A stretch of 57,026 nt of DNA. It comes from Spirochaetia bacterium. GTDB lineage: Bacteria; Spirochaetota; Spirochaetia; SZUA-6; Bin103. Both the position numbers and the translations under genes were made by a program. The DNA is taken from NCBI GenBank assembly GCA_965203905.1, contig CBDBDQ010000004.1, positions 1 to 57,026 of the forward strand. Direction: 5' to 3'. Positions 1 to 11,489 of this stretch are shown here, piece after piece. Positions within the stretch are counted from its first letter, which is position 1, and each line of letters starts with the position of its first letter. The notes beneath the pieces are model-generated. The model was not told the DNA's origin. It saw only the letters and a list, made by a program, of their open reading frames with translations, and made no database searches.

Positions 1-940
1 AAAGGTGGTGCCCAATGCGATGTTGAATCTGTTCGGATCGTCACCGACCGGCCGCGGCGGCCCGGTGCCGGTGTGGGGGCGCATGGGCTGGGAGGCACTG
101 TTGGCCCCTGAGCCCGACGACTACTTTGGTCGGGCAGCGGATCTGACGATCACCAATGCTGGCTTGTCCGCCATGATCTGGCCAAGCACCAAGTACAAAC
201 CGAGCCGCCACGGCTCGCAACTACGAGAAGGTGCGCGCATGCTGAATGATCCAGACAACGCTGTAGAGTGGCGCGAAAGCGCCGCTGCTGCACCCATCCT
301 CTTAGTGGTGGTCTACATGGTGCCTACGGAACCCTACGACGCCAAAGGACAGGTCGGATTCTACGTCACGAGGCCGGAGGGGAGCCGACAAGGCCCACAA
401 GTAGACCGTTGGGTGTTGCGCCATCTGCGTGCGCAAGGATGGAGGCTACACCGTGTCATGCTTACCGGGTACTGCATCTGGGATCGCTACGCGACAGTCA
501 AAGGGCGATTGGTTGCCCCGACTGTCCCAGCGAAGGTGCAAACTAACGCCGCCGGTTACTCGACTGATCTCCGAGGACAAGTGCTGAGCGATCGCCGCGG
601 CCGCCCGACTCGTAGCACCACGCATCCGAAGGCGGTACAGATTGGCACCGACCGCGTGTCACACCCCGACCTGGACCGGTATTACCCCTGGATCCATGGT
701 GAAGACCTGATATTGCTCGGGAATCGAACTGTCGGCGCCACCAGGGCGGTACGTGCAAAGCAACGTGAACTAACGCTGAGAGCCGTAACGGCCTTGCAGT
801 CCGCCAGCTATCTGATCTTGGAGACGCAGTACCGAAAGGTGCGAGGCGGGAAAGAACTGGAGGCCGTGCGTCTGCTGCCGAGCGATGCCCACCGCCAAGC
901 CCATGCGGCCCGGTGGGCGGCGAACCGGCACACACGGTAA
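1..940 (+). CDS. C-terminal part of putative replication-initiator-like protein (continues from 56374-57026 if circular)
   Basis: Open frame from window edge; segment RGGPVPVWGRMGWEALL resembles RRGAVVPLALRIWVAAIL of 36176-37900; followed by 22-bp tandem repeats. Confidence 0.5.
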   Translation, partial: KVVPNAMLNLFGSSPTGRGGPVPVWGRMGWEALLAPEPDDYFGRAADLTITNAGLSAMIWPSTKYKPSRHGSQLREGARMLNDPDNAVEWRESAAAAPILLVVVYMVPTEPYDAKGQVGFYVTRPEGSRQGPQVDRWVLRHLRAQGWRLHRVMLTGYCIWDRYATVKGRLVAPTVPAKVQTNAAGYSTDLRGQVLSDRRGRPTRSTTHPKAVQIGTDRVSHPDLDRYYPWIHGEDLILLGNRTVGATRAVRAKQRELTLRAVTALQSASYLILETQYRKVRGGKELEAVRLLPSDAHRQAHAARWAANRHTR

Positions 941-968
941 GCGTTGCCGCTTGTCAGCCCTCCTTTTG

Positions 969-1229
969 TCAGCCCTCCTTGCGCCGGTCGTGTTGCAGTA
1001 GCGTCTCCACGGCAACCAGGCGCTTGTCGACCTCAGCCACGTCGCGGCGCAACTCCTTGAGATCGGCCCGCACCTCGGTCTGAAATCCGCTCAACTCGGT
1101 GCGCAGTCCTTCGACGGCGTTCACCACCTCACCGCGAGTGTCCGCTCGCTGGGCGCGCATTACTCGCCACGCCAGCGCCGCTATTCCGACAAGCACGGCA
1201 GGCGTCAAGGCAACATCCAGCCACTCCAT
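969..1229 (-). CDS. Small membrane-anchored coiled-coil protein
   Basis: N-terminal TM helix (LTPAVLVGIAALAW) then heptad coiled coil ending VDKRLVAVETLL. Confidence 0.6.
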   Translation of the reverse strand: MEWLDVALTPAVLVGIAALAWRVMRAQRADTRGEVVNAVEGLRTELSGFQTEVRADLKELRRDVAEVDKRLVAVETLLQHDRRKEG

Positions 1230-1274
1230 ACAACCAACGATATAGCGAGAAGCACCTGTCGCCAACCCGTGCTA

Positions 1275-1340
1275 GGTGCTGGACAGGGGAGCTTTCGGTG
1301 CTAGGGGTGGGAGCTTTAGGTGCTGGACAGGGGAGCTTTC
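1275..1340 (+). repeat. Three tandem 22-bp iteron-like repeats
   Basis: GGTGCTGGACAGGGGAGCTTTC at 1275 and 1319, variant GGTGCTAGGGGTGGGAGCTTTA at 1297. Confidence 0.75.
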
Positions 1341-2332
1341 CCAGATAATTCATGTAATAGCAAGGCAAATGGCCTCCGTCCCAATGGTCCCAAAGTCCCA
1401 GAGGACGACGGGACCAGGGACCGCCGAGCAGAGGGTGTCGGCGGCCCCTCCCGAAGAGCTGGGCCGAAGTCGCACTGCCACCAGCCGGTGCACGCTCCCG
1501 GATCTCTTTCTGCTGGGTCCCATTCTCTCGTTTTCATTTTCTGATTTTCAGAGACCAGGTAGGGACCCGTTCGCCAACCGGGGCGGGCACACGCGCGTGA
1601 ACCTGAAGGCCCCCGCGCAGCGGGGGCCGGGAACTGAGCGGGGGGGCGGGGGCGGGCGCCGGGGGTCCCTTGGCGGGTCCCGCGCGGAGCTGCGCGGCGA
1701 GGTGCAGGGCGCCGCGGTCGGGCTGCCGGACGGCCGAGCGGCCTGCCGGCCTCGGTCGAGGACCTGACCACGGCTCCACGCTCACCACCGAGCAGCCCAT
1801 GGGCGGCGCTGCGCCACGGCTGCGGGCCACCTGTCACCACCATGAACGGCGCCGAGTGCAGGCAGCACCACCCGGAGGTTGGTGACAGGGTAGGGGAGCG
1901 CCCCGCCATGGGTAGGTGCTGCGCCGGGTGGCGAGCCCAACCCCGGCGCCGGCTGGGTCGGCCTGCGGGGGTGCGGCGCCGGGCCGAGTGACCGCTCGGG
2001 CGGGCGGGGGAAGCGGCAGCCGCTCGGTCGACCCTGAGCACCGCCGGCGGCGATCCCGACGCGGGGCCGGTGCGCAGCGGCGCCGGTTGACGCGCACACG
2101 TCCAAACCGGGCCACCCGGCACCGGGCGCCGCGCCGCGCCTTGATGCCGCTGCCGGCCTGTCGAGCACCGTACTACGCACAGCACACCACGCCGTGACCT
2201 GCATCCGGGCGCCTGAACGCGCGTCGAGCGGTCCGCGGTCGGCGCCGCGGGGTCAAAGAACAGCGTTAACGCTGCGTAATACGCCGATCTGCCGGAGTCT
2301 GGACGGTCGGTCAAAAAACTGCCTGAGGGGTG

Positions 2333-2360
2333 TTGACTCTGCGTGGTTACTTATGACAAT
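2333..2360 (+). promoter_or_regulatory. Possible sigma70-type promoter for small-ORF cluster
   Basis: TTGACT-N16-GACAAT in an AT-rich patch upstream of the 2658-6476 coupled ORFs. Confidence 0.35.
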
Positions 2361-2657
2361 ATGTATTGTAGCAATCTATCCAAGGGTTGCTCAGGAGGCC
2401 GCAGGCGCGCATCGCAGCGCGCGCCACCACCAACCGAGCACGGCGGGGACGTGACCACACTTTGATCCGCGCGAGGCGACTTCGGACGGCGAGCGGCGCA
2501 CCACGTGCCGACCGATAGAGCGCGACACCGGAAGGGGTGACGGGGTGCAGATCCAACCAAACAGCGGCGCGCGCAGGTGCTTCCGACAGGGACGTGGTCC
2601 GACTCCACGGTGCGCCGCATACCGCTCCCGCCTTTGAGCGGGAGACAGGAGGGACTG

Positions 2658-2966
2658 ATGGACGGACGAACGCTATGGGTGAAGCCCGGCGACGTCGACG
2701 GGCGCATCGAAGCCGGAAACGTTGTCACGGCAACGCGAACGCTCGATGCGTGGTGCCTGCGGGGAGACGACGGCAGCACGCCGATCGCCGCCGGCAGCGC
2801 GCTTGAAATCGTCGAAGAGAGGCCGTGGGGCGCTTCCATGGCCATGGAGCTGCCGGCGCTGAGCGAAGAGGACGACGCCGGCAGCCGCGCCGCTGACAGC
2901 GAGGCATGGGTACAGGCCGGCCTTGAGCTTCAGGAGCTTGGCCTGTTCGAGGTGATCGGGCTGTGA
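2658..2966 (+). CDS. Hypothetical protein
   Basis: AGGAGG RBS before ATG; stop overlaps next start (GTGA). Confidence 0.55.
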   Translation: MDGRTLWVKPGDVDGRIEAGNVVTATRTLDAWCLRGDDGSTPIAAGSALEIVEERPWGASMAMELPALSEEDDAGSRAADSEAWVQAGLELQELGLFEVIGL

Positions 2967-3844
2967 GCACGGCTACTGTGCACGCCAACGGGAGGGTCAA
3001 CGTGACCCTCCCGAACATCAGCATCCTGGTAGATCGGCAGGACGCCGAGAGCCTGCGCGACGCGCTCAACGCGGAGTTGCCGCCGGAGCAGGCCGCGGCG
3101 CCGGCAGCGCGTGAACGCGACCTGATGCTCGATCCCACCATCCGCGACATCGACGTGCTACGGGCGGCGCAGGCCATCGCAACCGAGCACGAGTGCCACG
3201 GTTTGGTGAAGCAGCTTGCGCACATGGTGACGCTGTACTGCGACGACGACGTGAAGCGGTGCGCGCTGTGCCGCTGCGACGCCACGGAGGCCAAGCACGG
3301 CATCGCGGTCTGCCTCTACCACGTCGACCACGGGGAGGATGACCCGCCGTGCCCGACCTGCGAATGCGAGCCGCCGGAGCGCGCTCCTACGCGCCGCATC
3401 CGGTGGGTATCGGAGACATGGGTGAACGGGCGCAACGCGACGCTGGCGACGGATGAGCGGCGCCTGTCGCCGGCGATGGTCGAGCGGACCTACACGGTCG
3501 AGGCTTACGTGCTGGACCGGCATCGCCTGCCTGAGCGGCGCCACAGCAAGCGGTTTCCCAACCACACCGATGCTGAGACGGCTGCCGACCGGTGGACGCG
3601 CGCTGCTGAATGGCCGGGGGTGACCGAGTACCGCGACCTGTACGACCCGCCGGCGGAGGTCGTTGACGATGAGGACGACTACCCGGTAGCCGCAGCCGAA
3701 GGTGACCGGGTACGCGATCCGAGGACGGGCGAGTGGCGGACCGTGGCCCGCGTCGAAGGCACGACGGTCTACATGGCGGACGGCGGGTGCATGGCTATCG
3801 ACGAGTGCGGCGACATCCGGCTGCCGAGCGAGGCCCTGGACTGA
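2963..3844 (+). CDS. Hypothetical protein with Cys/His zinc-binding motifs
   Basis: CALC...CLYH...CPTC; translational coupling both sides. Confidence 0.65.
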   Translation: MSTATVHANGRVNVTLPNISILVDRQDAESLRDALNAELPPEQAAAPAARERDLMLDPTIRDIDVLRAAQAIATEHECHGLVKQLAHMVTLYCDDDVKRCALCRCDATEAKHGIAVCLYHVDHGEDDPPCPTCECEPPERAPTRRIRWVSETWVNGRNATLATDERRLSPAMVERTYTVEAYVLDRHRLPERRHSKRFPNHTDAETAADRWTRAAEWPGVTEYRDLYDPPAEVVDDEDDYPVAAAEGDRVRDPRTGEWRTVARVEGTTVYMADGGCMAIDECGDIRLPSEALD

Positions 3845-4254
3845 TGCGGGTACTGACCAACCTGGAGGTCAACGACAAGGCGGTTGCGCTCCTGGAGCGC
3901 GCCGCCTGCTTTGTGGGCATCGGGTGGACACAGGGAGCGGCAGCGCGGAACGACGCCGGTGTCCCGGTGTCGCCTACCGCGCCGGATGCGTGGTGCTGGT
4001 GCGCGACGGGCGCCCTGCTGATCGCCAGCTACCGCGTGGGGCTGCTGAAGCTGAGCGGCGGCGATGAGACCGCAGTCAGGCGGGCCGCGTGTGCCGTTCT
4101 GGAGAAGCTGATCCGTGAGACCACCGGCCTGACGGAGGATCGGGGCGGGGTGATTGCGTACTGGAACGACCTGGACGGCCAGCGGCAGGCGGACGTGAAG
4201 GCCGCGCTGATCCGCGCCGCGCGGGCGCTGAAGCCGCTCACGGAGGCGTGCTGA
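3844..4254 (+). CDS. DUF6197-like phage/plasmid protein
   Basis: GWTQG...WCWCATGAL...YWND...ADVKAAL motif pattern. Confidence 0.65.
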   Translation: MRVLTNLEVNDKAVALLERAACFVGIGWTQGAAARNDAGVPVSPTAPDAWCWCATGALLIASYRVGLLKLSGGDETAVRRAACAVLEKLIRETTGLTEDRGGVIAYWNDLDGQRQADVKAALIRAARALKPLTEAC

Positions 4255-4733
4255 TGACGGATCTGCTTGACGCGCTGAAGCGCAACAACCAGTTGCTCCA
4301 GGAGATCGCGCTGCAGTACGGCGCCGGCACCGGGGAGGGCGGCGCCGGCACCGTGCTGCACACGCCAGAGCGTGTCGCCGCGTTGTGCAGCGACATGCCT
4401 GCGCTGCTGCAAGAGCAGTTGCGGGTGCTGCTGCTGAACACGAAATCGGAGCTGCTGGAGGCCGTGACGGTCTACCAGGGGACGGTCAACGCCGCCTCGA
4501 TCCGGGTCGCGGAGATCCTGCGCCCTGCCATCGTGAGGGGCGCGCCGTACTTCATCGTGGTGCACAACCACCCCTCGGGCGACCCGTGCCCGAGCGGGTC
4601 TGACACGCGCGTGACGCGGAAGGTGCGGACTGCCGCCGAGTACCACGACATCGAGCTGTACGACCACGTGATCGTCGCGCGGCGCGGCTTCGTGAGCCTG
4701 CGGCAGCGCGGCTTATGGGATGGGTTGGAATGA
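4254..4733 (+). CDS. radC: RadC-like JAB/MPN domain protein
   Basis: QEQLRVLLLN, GTVNAASI, HNHPSGDPCPSGSD, LYDHVIV. Confidence 0.92.
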   Translation: MTDLLDALKRNNQLLQEIALQYGAGTGEGGAGTVLHTPERVAALCSDMPALLQEQLRVLLLNTKSELLEAVTVYQGTVNAASIRVAEILRPAIVRGAPYFIVVHNHPSGDPCPSGSDTRVTRKVRTAAEYHDIELYDHVIVARRGFVSLRQRGLWDGLE

Positions 4734-4957
4734 CAGGCGGGGAGCTGATCCACGGCCAGAACGGGCGCGAGACCCGCGTGGTGCGCCGTGAGGAAACGCG
4801 CTCGTCACTCGCCTCGATCTACTACGCGATCTACGCCATCAAGGACGGCGAGGTCGCGTGGTACGCGGAACGCGGCGCCGGGGGCTTGGCGCTGGACGTG
4901 GCTGAGGCATGGGGCTGGCGCGGAGAAGTGCCGGCCGACAGCGAGGCCGCATCGTGA
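4730..4957 (+). CDS. Hypothetical protein
   Basis: ATGA overlap with radC stop. Confidence 0.5.
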   Translation: MTGGELIHGQNGRETRVVRREETRSSLASIYYAIYAIKDGEVAWYAERGAGGLALDVAEAWGWRGEVPADSEAAS

Positions 4958-5060
4958 ACGAAAGCCGGCAGGGAACAGCGTGAGCGTGGTTCAACCCCAC
5001 CCCAGCCGGCAGAACAGCCCGCAGGCGCTACAGGGCGCCGGGGCGATCTGGAGGGACCGA

Positions 5061-5357
5061 ATGAGCGACGACGTGGCAGCCCGCCTTGGGCTGAGGGTCG
5101 AGAACGAGCCCTACCCGAACGGGATCGCGGCGCGCGCCGTGTACCGGGGCAATGAGCGCATCTACCACGGCGAGCCTGCCGGAGTGCGCCCGTTCCTGGA
5201 GGGTTACGAGGCCGGCGGCGACACGCGCCTGACCGACCTGGACATCCTGCGCGCGGCACGGTCGATCCTGGAGGACCGCGGTCAGGACATCGAGAACCTG
5301 TCGAGCGCGATCTGGTCGCTCGGCGGCGACGCCGACGCGGCGGAGGCGCTGTCGTGA
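5061..5357 (+). CDS. Hypothetical protein
   Basis: GGAGG RBS; motif LTDLDILRAARSI similar to IRDIDVLRAAQAI in 2963-3844. Confidence 0.6.
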   Translation: MSDDVAARLGLRVENEPYPNGIAARAVYRGNERIYHGEPAGVRPFLEGYEAGGDTRLTDLDILRAARSILEDRGQDIENLSSAIWSLGGDADAAEALS

Positions 5358-5800
5358 CGGCGGCACAGCGTTTCCTCAAAGAGGACCTGGACGACGCGCA
5401 GCGCATGGCGCGGCTGGGCGCCGCGGCCGTCACGGTCGAGGATCGCACCTACAGCACGGTGTGGACCATGCAGGACGGCAGCCGGGTCGAGCGCGGCTGC
5501 GCCCGTGGCGTCGCCGCCTACGGCACGCTGCCGTCGCTGGTCGCCATGGTCGAGCGGACGCTGAACGCCGACCGGGAGACCGTCACCTACTACCGCCGGT
5601 GCGAGGCACAGGCGCGGCTGCGCGCCAAGCGCACCGGCAGCGCCGCCTGGTCGGCTGCGGCTGGGCAGTGGGTCATGGCCCGCTTCGAGCTGGAGGCCGA
5701 CATCCGCCGGCACCTGCGGGAGCTGATCCGGCTGCGCCGTGGCCAGCAGGCCATCACCGACTACCGCCTCGACCACTACGTGGCGCGGAGCGCCGCCTGA
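5354..5800 (+). CDS. Hypothetical protein
   Basis: Coupled ORF with high-GC3 codon usage. Confidence 0.6.
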   Translation: MTAAQRFLKEDLDDAQRMARLGAAAVTVEDRTYSTVWTMQDGSRVERGCARGVAAYGTLPSLVAMVERTLNADRETVTYYRRCEAQARLRAKRTGSAAWSAAAGQWVMARFELEADIRRHLRELIRLRRGQQAITDYRLDHYVARSAA

Positions 5801-6204
5801 TGGTGGCGCAACCGCAGGGAATCCGCGTTGCCGCTGCCGAAGTCCTGGACGGCGCCGCCCGGTACATCGAGCGCGGGTGGTGCCGCTTCTCCACGGCGCG
5901 CGGCGGCGACAACGTGCCCTGCGCACCGACCAGCACCGACGCGGTGTGCTGGTGCGCTTCCGGGGCGATCCACGTCGCGGCGCGGCGCAACGCGCCCCCG
6001 CAACTGCTGGGGACCGTTACCGAGACCGCGCAGCGGGCCATGGTCGACGCGATCCTGGAGACGCATCCGGAGTTCTTCGACCCCGGCACGCTGCCGATGA
6101 GCGCGATTGCCTCCTGGAACGATCACGCCGAGATCGGCCCGGAGCACGTGACCGAGCGGCTGCGCCGCGGCGCCGAGCTGCTGCGGCTGCCGGTGGCGGC
6201 ATGA
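5800..6204 (+). CDS. DUF6197-like protein (second copy)
   Basis: GWCRF...CWCASGAI...IASWND. Confidence 0.65.
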   Translation: MVAQPQGIRVAAAEVLDGAARYIERGWCRFSTARGGDNVPCAPTSTDAVCWCASGAIHVAARRNAPPQLLGTVTETAQRAMVDAILETHPEFFDPGTLPMSAIASWNDHAEIGPEHVTERLRRGAELLRLPVAA

Positions 6205-6476
6205 AGGTTGCCATCCGCGCAGGCATGCGCCTGCAACTGTCCCGCGAGCCCGCGCGCTTCACCCGCGCGCCGCGCCGGGTCCTGGTGTACCGCCAGGGCG
6301 CCCGGCGCGCCGTGGTGTGGCGCAGCGACCTGATTCTGATGGGTCGGCGCGGCCGGCCGTACACCGTGCTGCTGCTGCGCGAGGACGGCGGCGACAGCCG
6401 CACCGAATCCCATCGCACCGTGCCTGCTGCGCTTGATACGGCGCGCGGCTGGGTAACCGGTGCCATCGCCGAATAG
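6201..6476 (+). CDS. Hypothetical protein
   Basis: ATGA overlap, last ORF of coupled run. Confidence 0.5.
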   Translation: MKVAIRAGMRLQLSREPARFTRAPRRVLVYRQGARRAVVWRSDLILMGRRGRPYTVLLLREDGGDSRTESHRTVPAALDTARGWVTGAIAE

Positions 6477-7071
6477 TGGCGAAATACGGGTCATAGACGG
6501 CCCGTATCGTGCCGGGGGTGGCCGCCCGGTGCCTGAATGAGCCATGGCCTACGGAGGGTTGTCCATGGCGGCGAGCCAAGTCGCGGCGGTCGCGCCAAGC
6601 GGCGCGCTCCATAGGGGTCAGCCGCCCGCCCTCCTCCAGGGCGATGCGAGCCAGCATCTCTGCGCGCTTCCAGTCGTCGACGTGGGCGGCACGGTGGAAA
6701 TCCCCGTCACTGGGCAGCGCACCGGGCGGGATCCCGAGCTCGGCGCGCCAGCGCTCAGCACGCCGCCGCCGGCGGTCGACCTCGCGCCGCGCCCTCCCGG
6801 TACGGGCAGAGTCCTGCAGGTGCTCGCGGCACCAGGCCGCCAGCTCCTCGCTGGTCGGCGTGTCGCGGCAGCCCGAGCACCACCAGCCGGCCGCGGCCCA
6901 GATCAGCGGAGCCTCGCACAGTCGGCACGGCGGACTACGGGTGGCGCGCGCAGCGAGAGAACGCCCGCGGATCCGCGGCAGCAGGTGCAGCACCAAGTGC
7001 GCGCGGCCGTCCACGGTCACGGTGCGGCCGGCGGCGGCGCTATCCGGCACGCTCACCACGTGGGTCGTCAT
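6259..7071 (-). CDS. Hypothetical protein with CxxC..CxxC zinc ribbon
   Basis: CRLC...CSGC; 3' end overlaps opposite ORF so extent uncertain. Confidence 0.4.
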   Translation of the reverse strand: MTTHVVSVPDSAAAGRTVTVDGRAHLVLHLLPRIRGRSLAARATRSPPCRLCEAPLIWAAAGWWCSGCRDTPTSEELAAWCREHLQDSARTGRARREVDRRRRRAERWRAELGIPPGALPSDGDFHRAAHVDDWKRAEMLARIALEEGGRLTPMERAAWRDRRDLARRHGQPSVGHGSFRHRAATPGTIRAVYDPYFATIRRWHRLPSRAPYQAQQARCDGIRCGCRRRPRAAAARCTAGRADPSESGRCATPRRAGRPGGTPGPGAARG

Positions 7072-7185
7072 CAACGGCCTTCAGTGTACGACAACCCTGC
7101 GCAGCACACCAGGGCGCTGGCGGGGCACTCGCCGCGGTGGTGGCGGCAGCCTATGATCCGATCAGGAGTAGGCCGGTAGCAACCG

Positions 7186-7588
7186 ATGACTGACAAGGCG
7201 CGCCAACTATAGCGACGCTATCCCGTGAGAAGCTCAATAAAGGCTGGTGCCAGGGGCATCTGGCCGTGGACAGGAACGGCAACGGCTGCGCTGCGAATAG
7301 TCATCTCGCTGTTGCGTGGAGCCTGGAGGGATCCATCATATATGCAAGTTCCTACTTCGCGCGTTACGACGACTGGCTCAATGCGGTGATCGAAGTCTGG
7401 CCCCGCTTGGAGCAGCTTGCCAGCCCACGGTCTCCCGATGGAATGACGCGGAGGGTCGCACCCAGGAAGAAGTGGTCGCGCTGATGAACAGCATACGGGT
7501 CCGTACGGCCGGGGTACCGGCACACTCACTACGTGCGCTGGCGGCGGTGCCCTTGAGGCTACGGCAATCCCTGCCCTGGCTACGGTAG
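7186..7588 (+). pseudogene. Frameshifted third DUF6197-like copy
   Basis: GWCQGHLAVDRNG...AWSLEGSI in one frame, RWNDAEGRTQEEVVALM in another. Confidence 0.6.
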
Positions 7589-7607
7589 CCCCTCCCCTAC
7601 TCGCGCT

Positions 7608-8110
7608 TCACAACGCCGCTTCCGGAGCGCCATCGGCCCCTGTCAGGTAGTAGGTGGTGCCGTTCGCGTCCCACGTGTCCAGATCATGGGGCGCGCCCTC
7701 GATACGCGAGCGCTGCAGCCCGCACCGGCGGCACGTGGAACGGTACTCGGTCCCGCCGTGCCAAGGGTCGCCACTCACCCACTCCGGTTTCCAATCGTGG
7801 GGCTCGCCCGAGGGGCAGACCAGCACCCCTGCAGCCACACCCGGCAAGCCACTTCGCCAACTCGTCAGGATCCAGGGTCCAGCAGGGGCCGCCTCCAGCG
7901 CTGTACGCGCTGCCTTGAGCGCCTGGTAGTGGTCCAGCGCCACGGCCGCGCCGACGCCGACGTCCAGCAGCAGCGCCAGGGCGAGCTGCGCCGGGCCGCT
8001 GCCGCCGTAACTCCACCCGAAGCCGGTAGGCGAATGCCGGCGCACGGCCAGCGACGGCGCCAGCGAGAGCGGCGTGCCGTCCGGCCGAGTCACCACGCAG
8101 CCAGCCGCCG
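7608..8110 (-). CDS. DUF6166-like protein (start uncertain, possibly degraded)
   Basis: HSPTGFGWSYGGSGPAQLALALL signature. Confidence 0.6.
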
Positions 8111-8162
8111 TGCGCAGGCCGTGGTAGCAACCAGAGCCGCCGCCGCGGCGCAGCACGCCGGC

Positions 8163-8273
8163 CGCTCGATGTGGCCCGGCGGGGGGAATCGCCGGGATCA
8201 GGCCGATGAACAACCGCCGGTATATCGACGCGCCAGATCGCTTCAATGAGGCCCGGCGGCGTGTCGCCGGGAG
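8163..8273 (-). CRISPR. Orphan type I-G-like mini-array (2 repeats, 1 spacer)
   Basis: GCTTCAATGAGGCCCGGCGGCGTGTCGCCGGGAG at 8240-8273 and degenerate copy at 8163-8198; stem CCCGGCG/CGCCGGG; about 41-nt spacer. Confidence 0.7.
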
Positions 8274-8334
8274 GCTGGCATGGTCGTGTGATCGCACCGG
8301 GAGCTGCCGCGCACCGCGTTCATGGATCCGCCTC

Positions 8335-9678
<1,344 letters not shown>

Positions 9679-9756
9679 GCGAATCGAGGTGAGTTTACCA
9701 CAGCACACCGCCGCGGCGTGGAGCGGCAGCGCGGTTCTGGATGGGGTAGCGAGCGC

Positions 9757-11379
9757 CTATCGGTCGGCGAAGCGTATCCCGGAGTTGACCGGCGGCGCGG
9801 CGGCGGCCGGGTCGACTCGCCCCATGATCTCTTCAGCGAGAGGGTGAATGATGATCGGGCGGTATTCACGCCAACCACGCACCACCGCGGCGGGGGCGCG
9901 CAGGATGCGAATGCCGCCGAAGTCGCGCTCCAGCGAGTAGCCGGCAACCGTCAGCTCGGGGTCCGCGGCCACCAGATGAGTGACCGCGGCTGAGACGGTC
10001 TCCAAGTCGCGATTGATGGCGCGTCCCGTGGTGTCGTAGAACGGTATGGCACGGTGCAGGTAGTAGTAGCCTGGGGTGTTGAGATAGAGCCGGTCCAACT
10101 GCCACACCGCGGCGACACCGCTTGCGCGGGCCAGATGGCGGTACGCCGCGAAGATCGGATCCTGGTTGCGAAGGAACCGCACCATGCCGGTCTCCCACGA
10201 CCAAGCCTGGTAGACCCGCCCCTGATACGGCAGCTCGTTCAGCAGGCCGCCCGCCGAAACAGCCACGAACAGGATGGCCGTCGCTCCCCCAACCCAGCGC
10301 GAGCGGTCGGGTGCTGGCCGTCTGCTTGCCACCCACGCCGCAAATCGAACAAGGAGATCCCCGCCGATCAGGAGCCACAGCGGAATGACTGCGAAGATGA
10401 ACCGGTACTCCTTGTGCGACGACAGGGAGTGGCTCAGCAGTACCAGGGTGATCAGCGCCAGCACCAGGGCGTAGCGCCGTGCCCAACGTAGAGCCGACAA
10501 CAGACACAGCGCGCTCAGCCCCCCGCTGGCCAGCACAAGCCACCATAGGAACTGCCACGAGGGGCTCTCATTGGCTCGCACCGGCCCCAGAATCAGGTTG
10601 AAGCGCAGGTTGGTAACGTAGGAGTGGAACAGCCTGCCGTCCCAGGTGAGCGCGTCGAACATGCCCACGGCCAGGAGCAACCCCGTCGCGGCCAGGACCA
10701 GTAGCAGCTTTCGCTGGATGCGCAGGAACACAATCCCCAGCAGCAGCAGCGCCGGCAGCGCGTACTGCAGCCGGATCGCCACCGCCAGCACCGCGAGCAT
10801 GGCCGCCTGCCATACCACCCGCCGGCGGTCGACGGCGGGCCGTACGCATAGAGCCAGTAGTCCCAGCAGCGGCGCTGTGGCTACGAACTCGGTCATCGGT
10901 TTGTGCGCGAACCCGACCAGCTCGTACCAGAACACGCCGGCCAGCAGCGCCGCCCGCGCCGGGGCTTCGCCGAAGTGACGGCGGGCAAACCAGTACATAC
11001 CCGCAGGAATGGTCAGCGACAGAGCACAGAACAGCAGCTTGACACCACCGACGTACCACCACGGCTGGCCCAGCCCGATCACGTCGAACAGCTTGAGCAC
11101 GCCAGCCACCACACCCGGCACCAGCCACGCCCGCGCGCCGTAGAAGTACTCCCAGTAGATCACCCCGTTGCCGAACACCAAGCGATGGGCAGGCTCCAGG
11201 TACTGCATGATCTCATCCGGGTGCAGCACGAAGTCGCCGGCCAGGGCCACCGCGACGCGCAACGCGAGCAGCAACGGCAGCAGCGGCCAGGGCTGCTGCT
11301 GCTCCTGCAGATGCAACAGGCCGTCCAAGCGATCTTTCCTTCCGCTTTCGCCCATTCCGTTCACAGGCGAACCTAACAC
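9757..11379 (-). CDS. GT-C (Alg9/PIG-B, GT22-like) mannosyltransferase
   Basis: HPDEIMQYLEPAHRLVFG..WE..G.R.W, HKEYRFIF, many TM helices. Confidence 0.85.
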   Translation of the reverse strand: MLGSPVNGMGESGRKDRLDGLLHLQEQQQPWPLLPLLLALRVAVALAGDFVLHPDEIMQYLEPAHRLVFGNGVIYWEYFYGARAWLVPGVVAGVLKLFDVIGLGQPWWYVGGVKLLFCALSLTIPAGMYWFARRHFGEAPARAALLAGVFWYELVGFAHKPMTEFVATAPLLGLLALCVRPAVDRRRVVWQAAMLAVLAVAIRLQYALPALLLLGIVFLRIQRKLLLVLAATGLLLAVGMFDALTWDGRLFHSYVTNLRFNLILGPVRANESPSWQFLWWLVLASGGLSALCLLSALRWARRYALVLALITLVLLSHSLSSHKEYRFIFAVIPLWLLIGGDLLVRFAAWVASRRPAPDRSRWVGGATAILFVAVSAGGLLNELPYQGRVYQAWSWETGMVRFLRNQDPIFAAYRHLARASGVAAVWQLDRLYLNTPGYYYLHRAIPFYDTTGRAINRDLETVSAAVTHLVAADPELTVAGYSLERDFGGIRILRAPAAVVRGWREYRPIIIHPLAEEIMGRVDPAAAAPPVNSGIRFADR

Positions 11380-11489
11380 CGATCGCAGGGTCCCGGCTTC
11401 CTATCAGTCGGCTGCAGTTACCGGCGAGTAGCTCGCATTACGGTATACTCCTCCAACGCTCCCCAGCGAACCGAAAGCGGAGGATTCTT

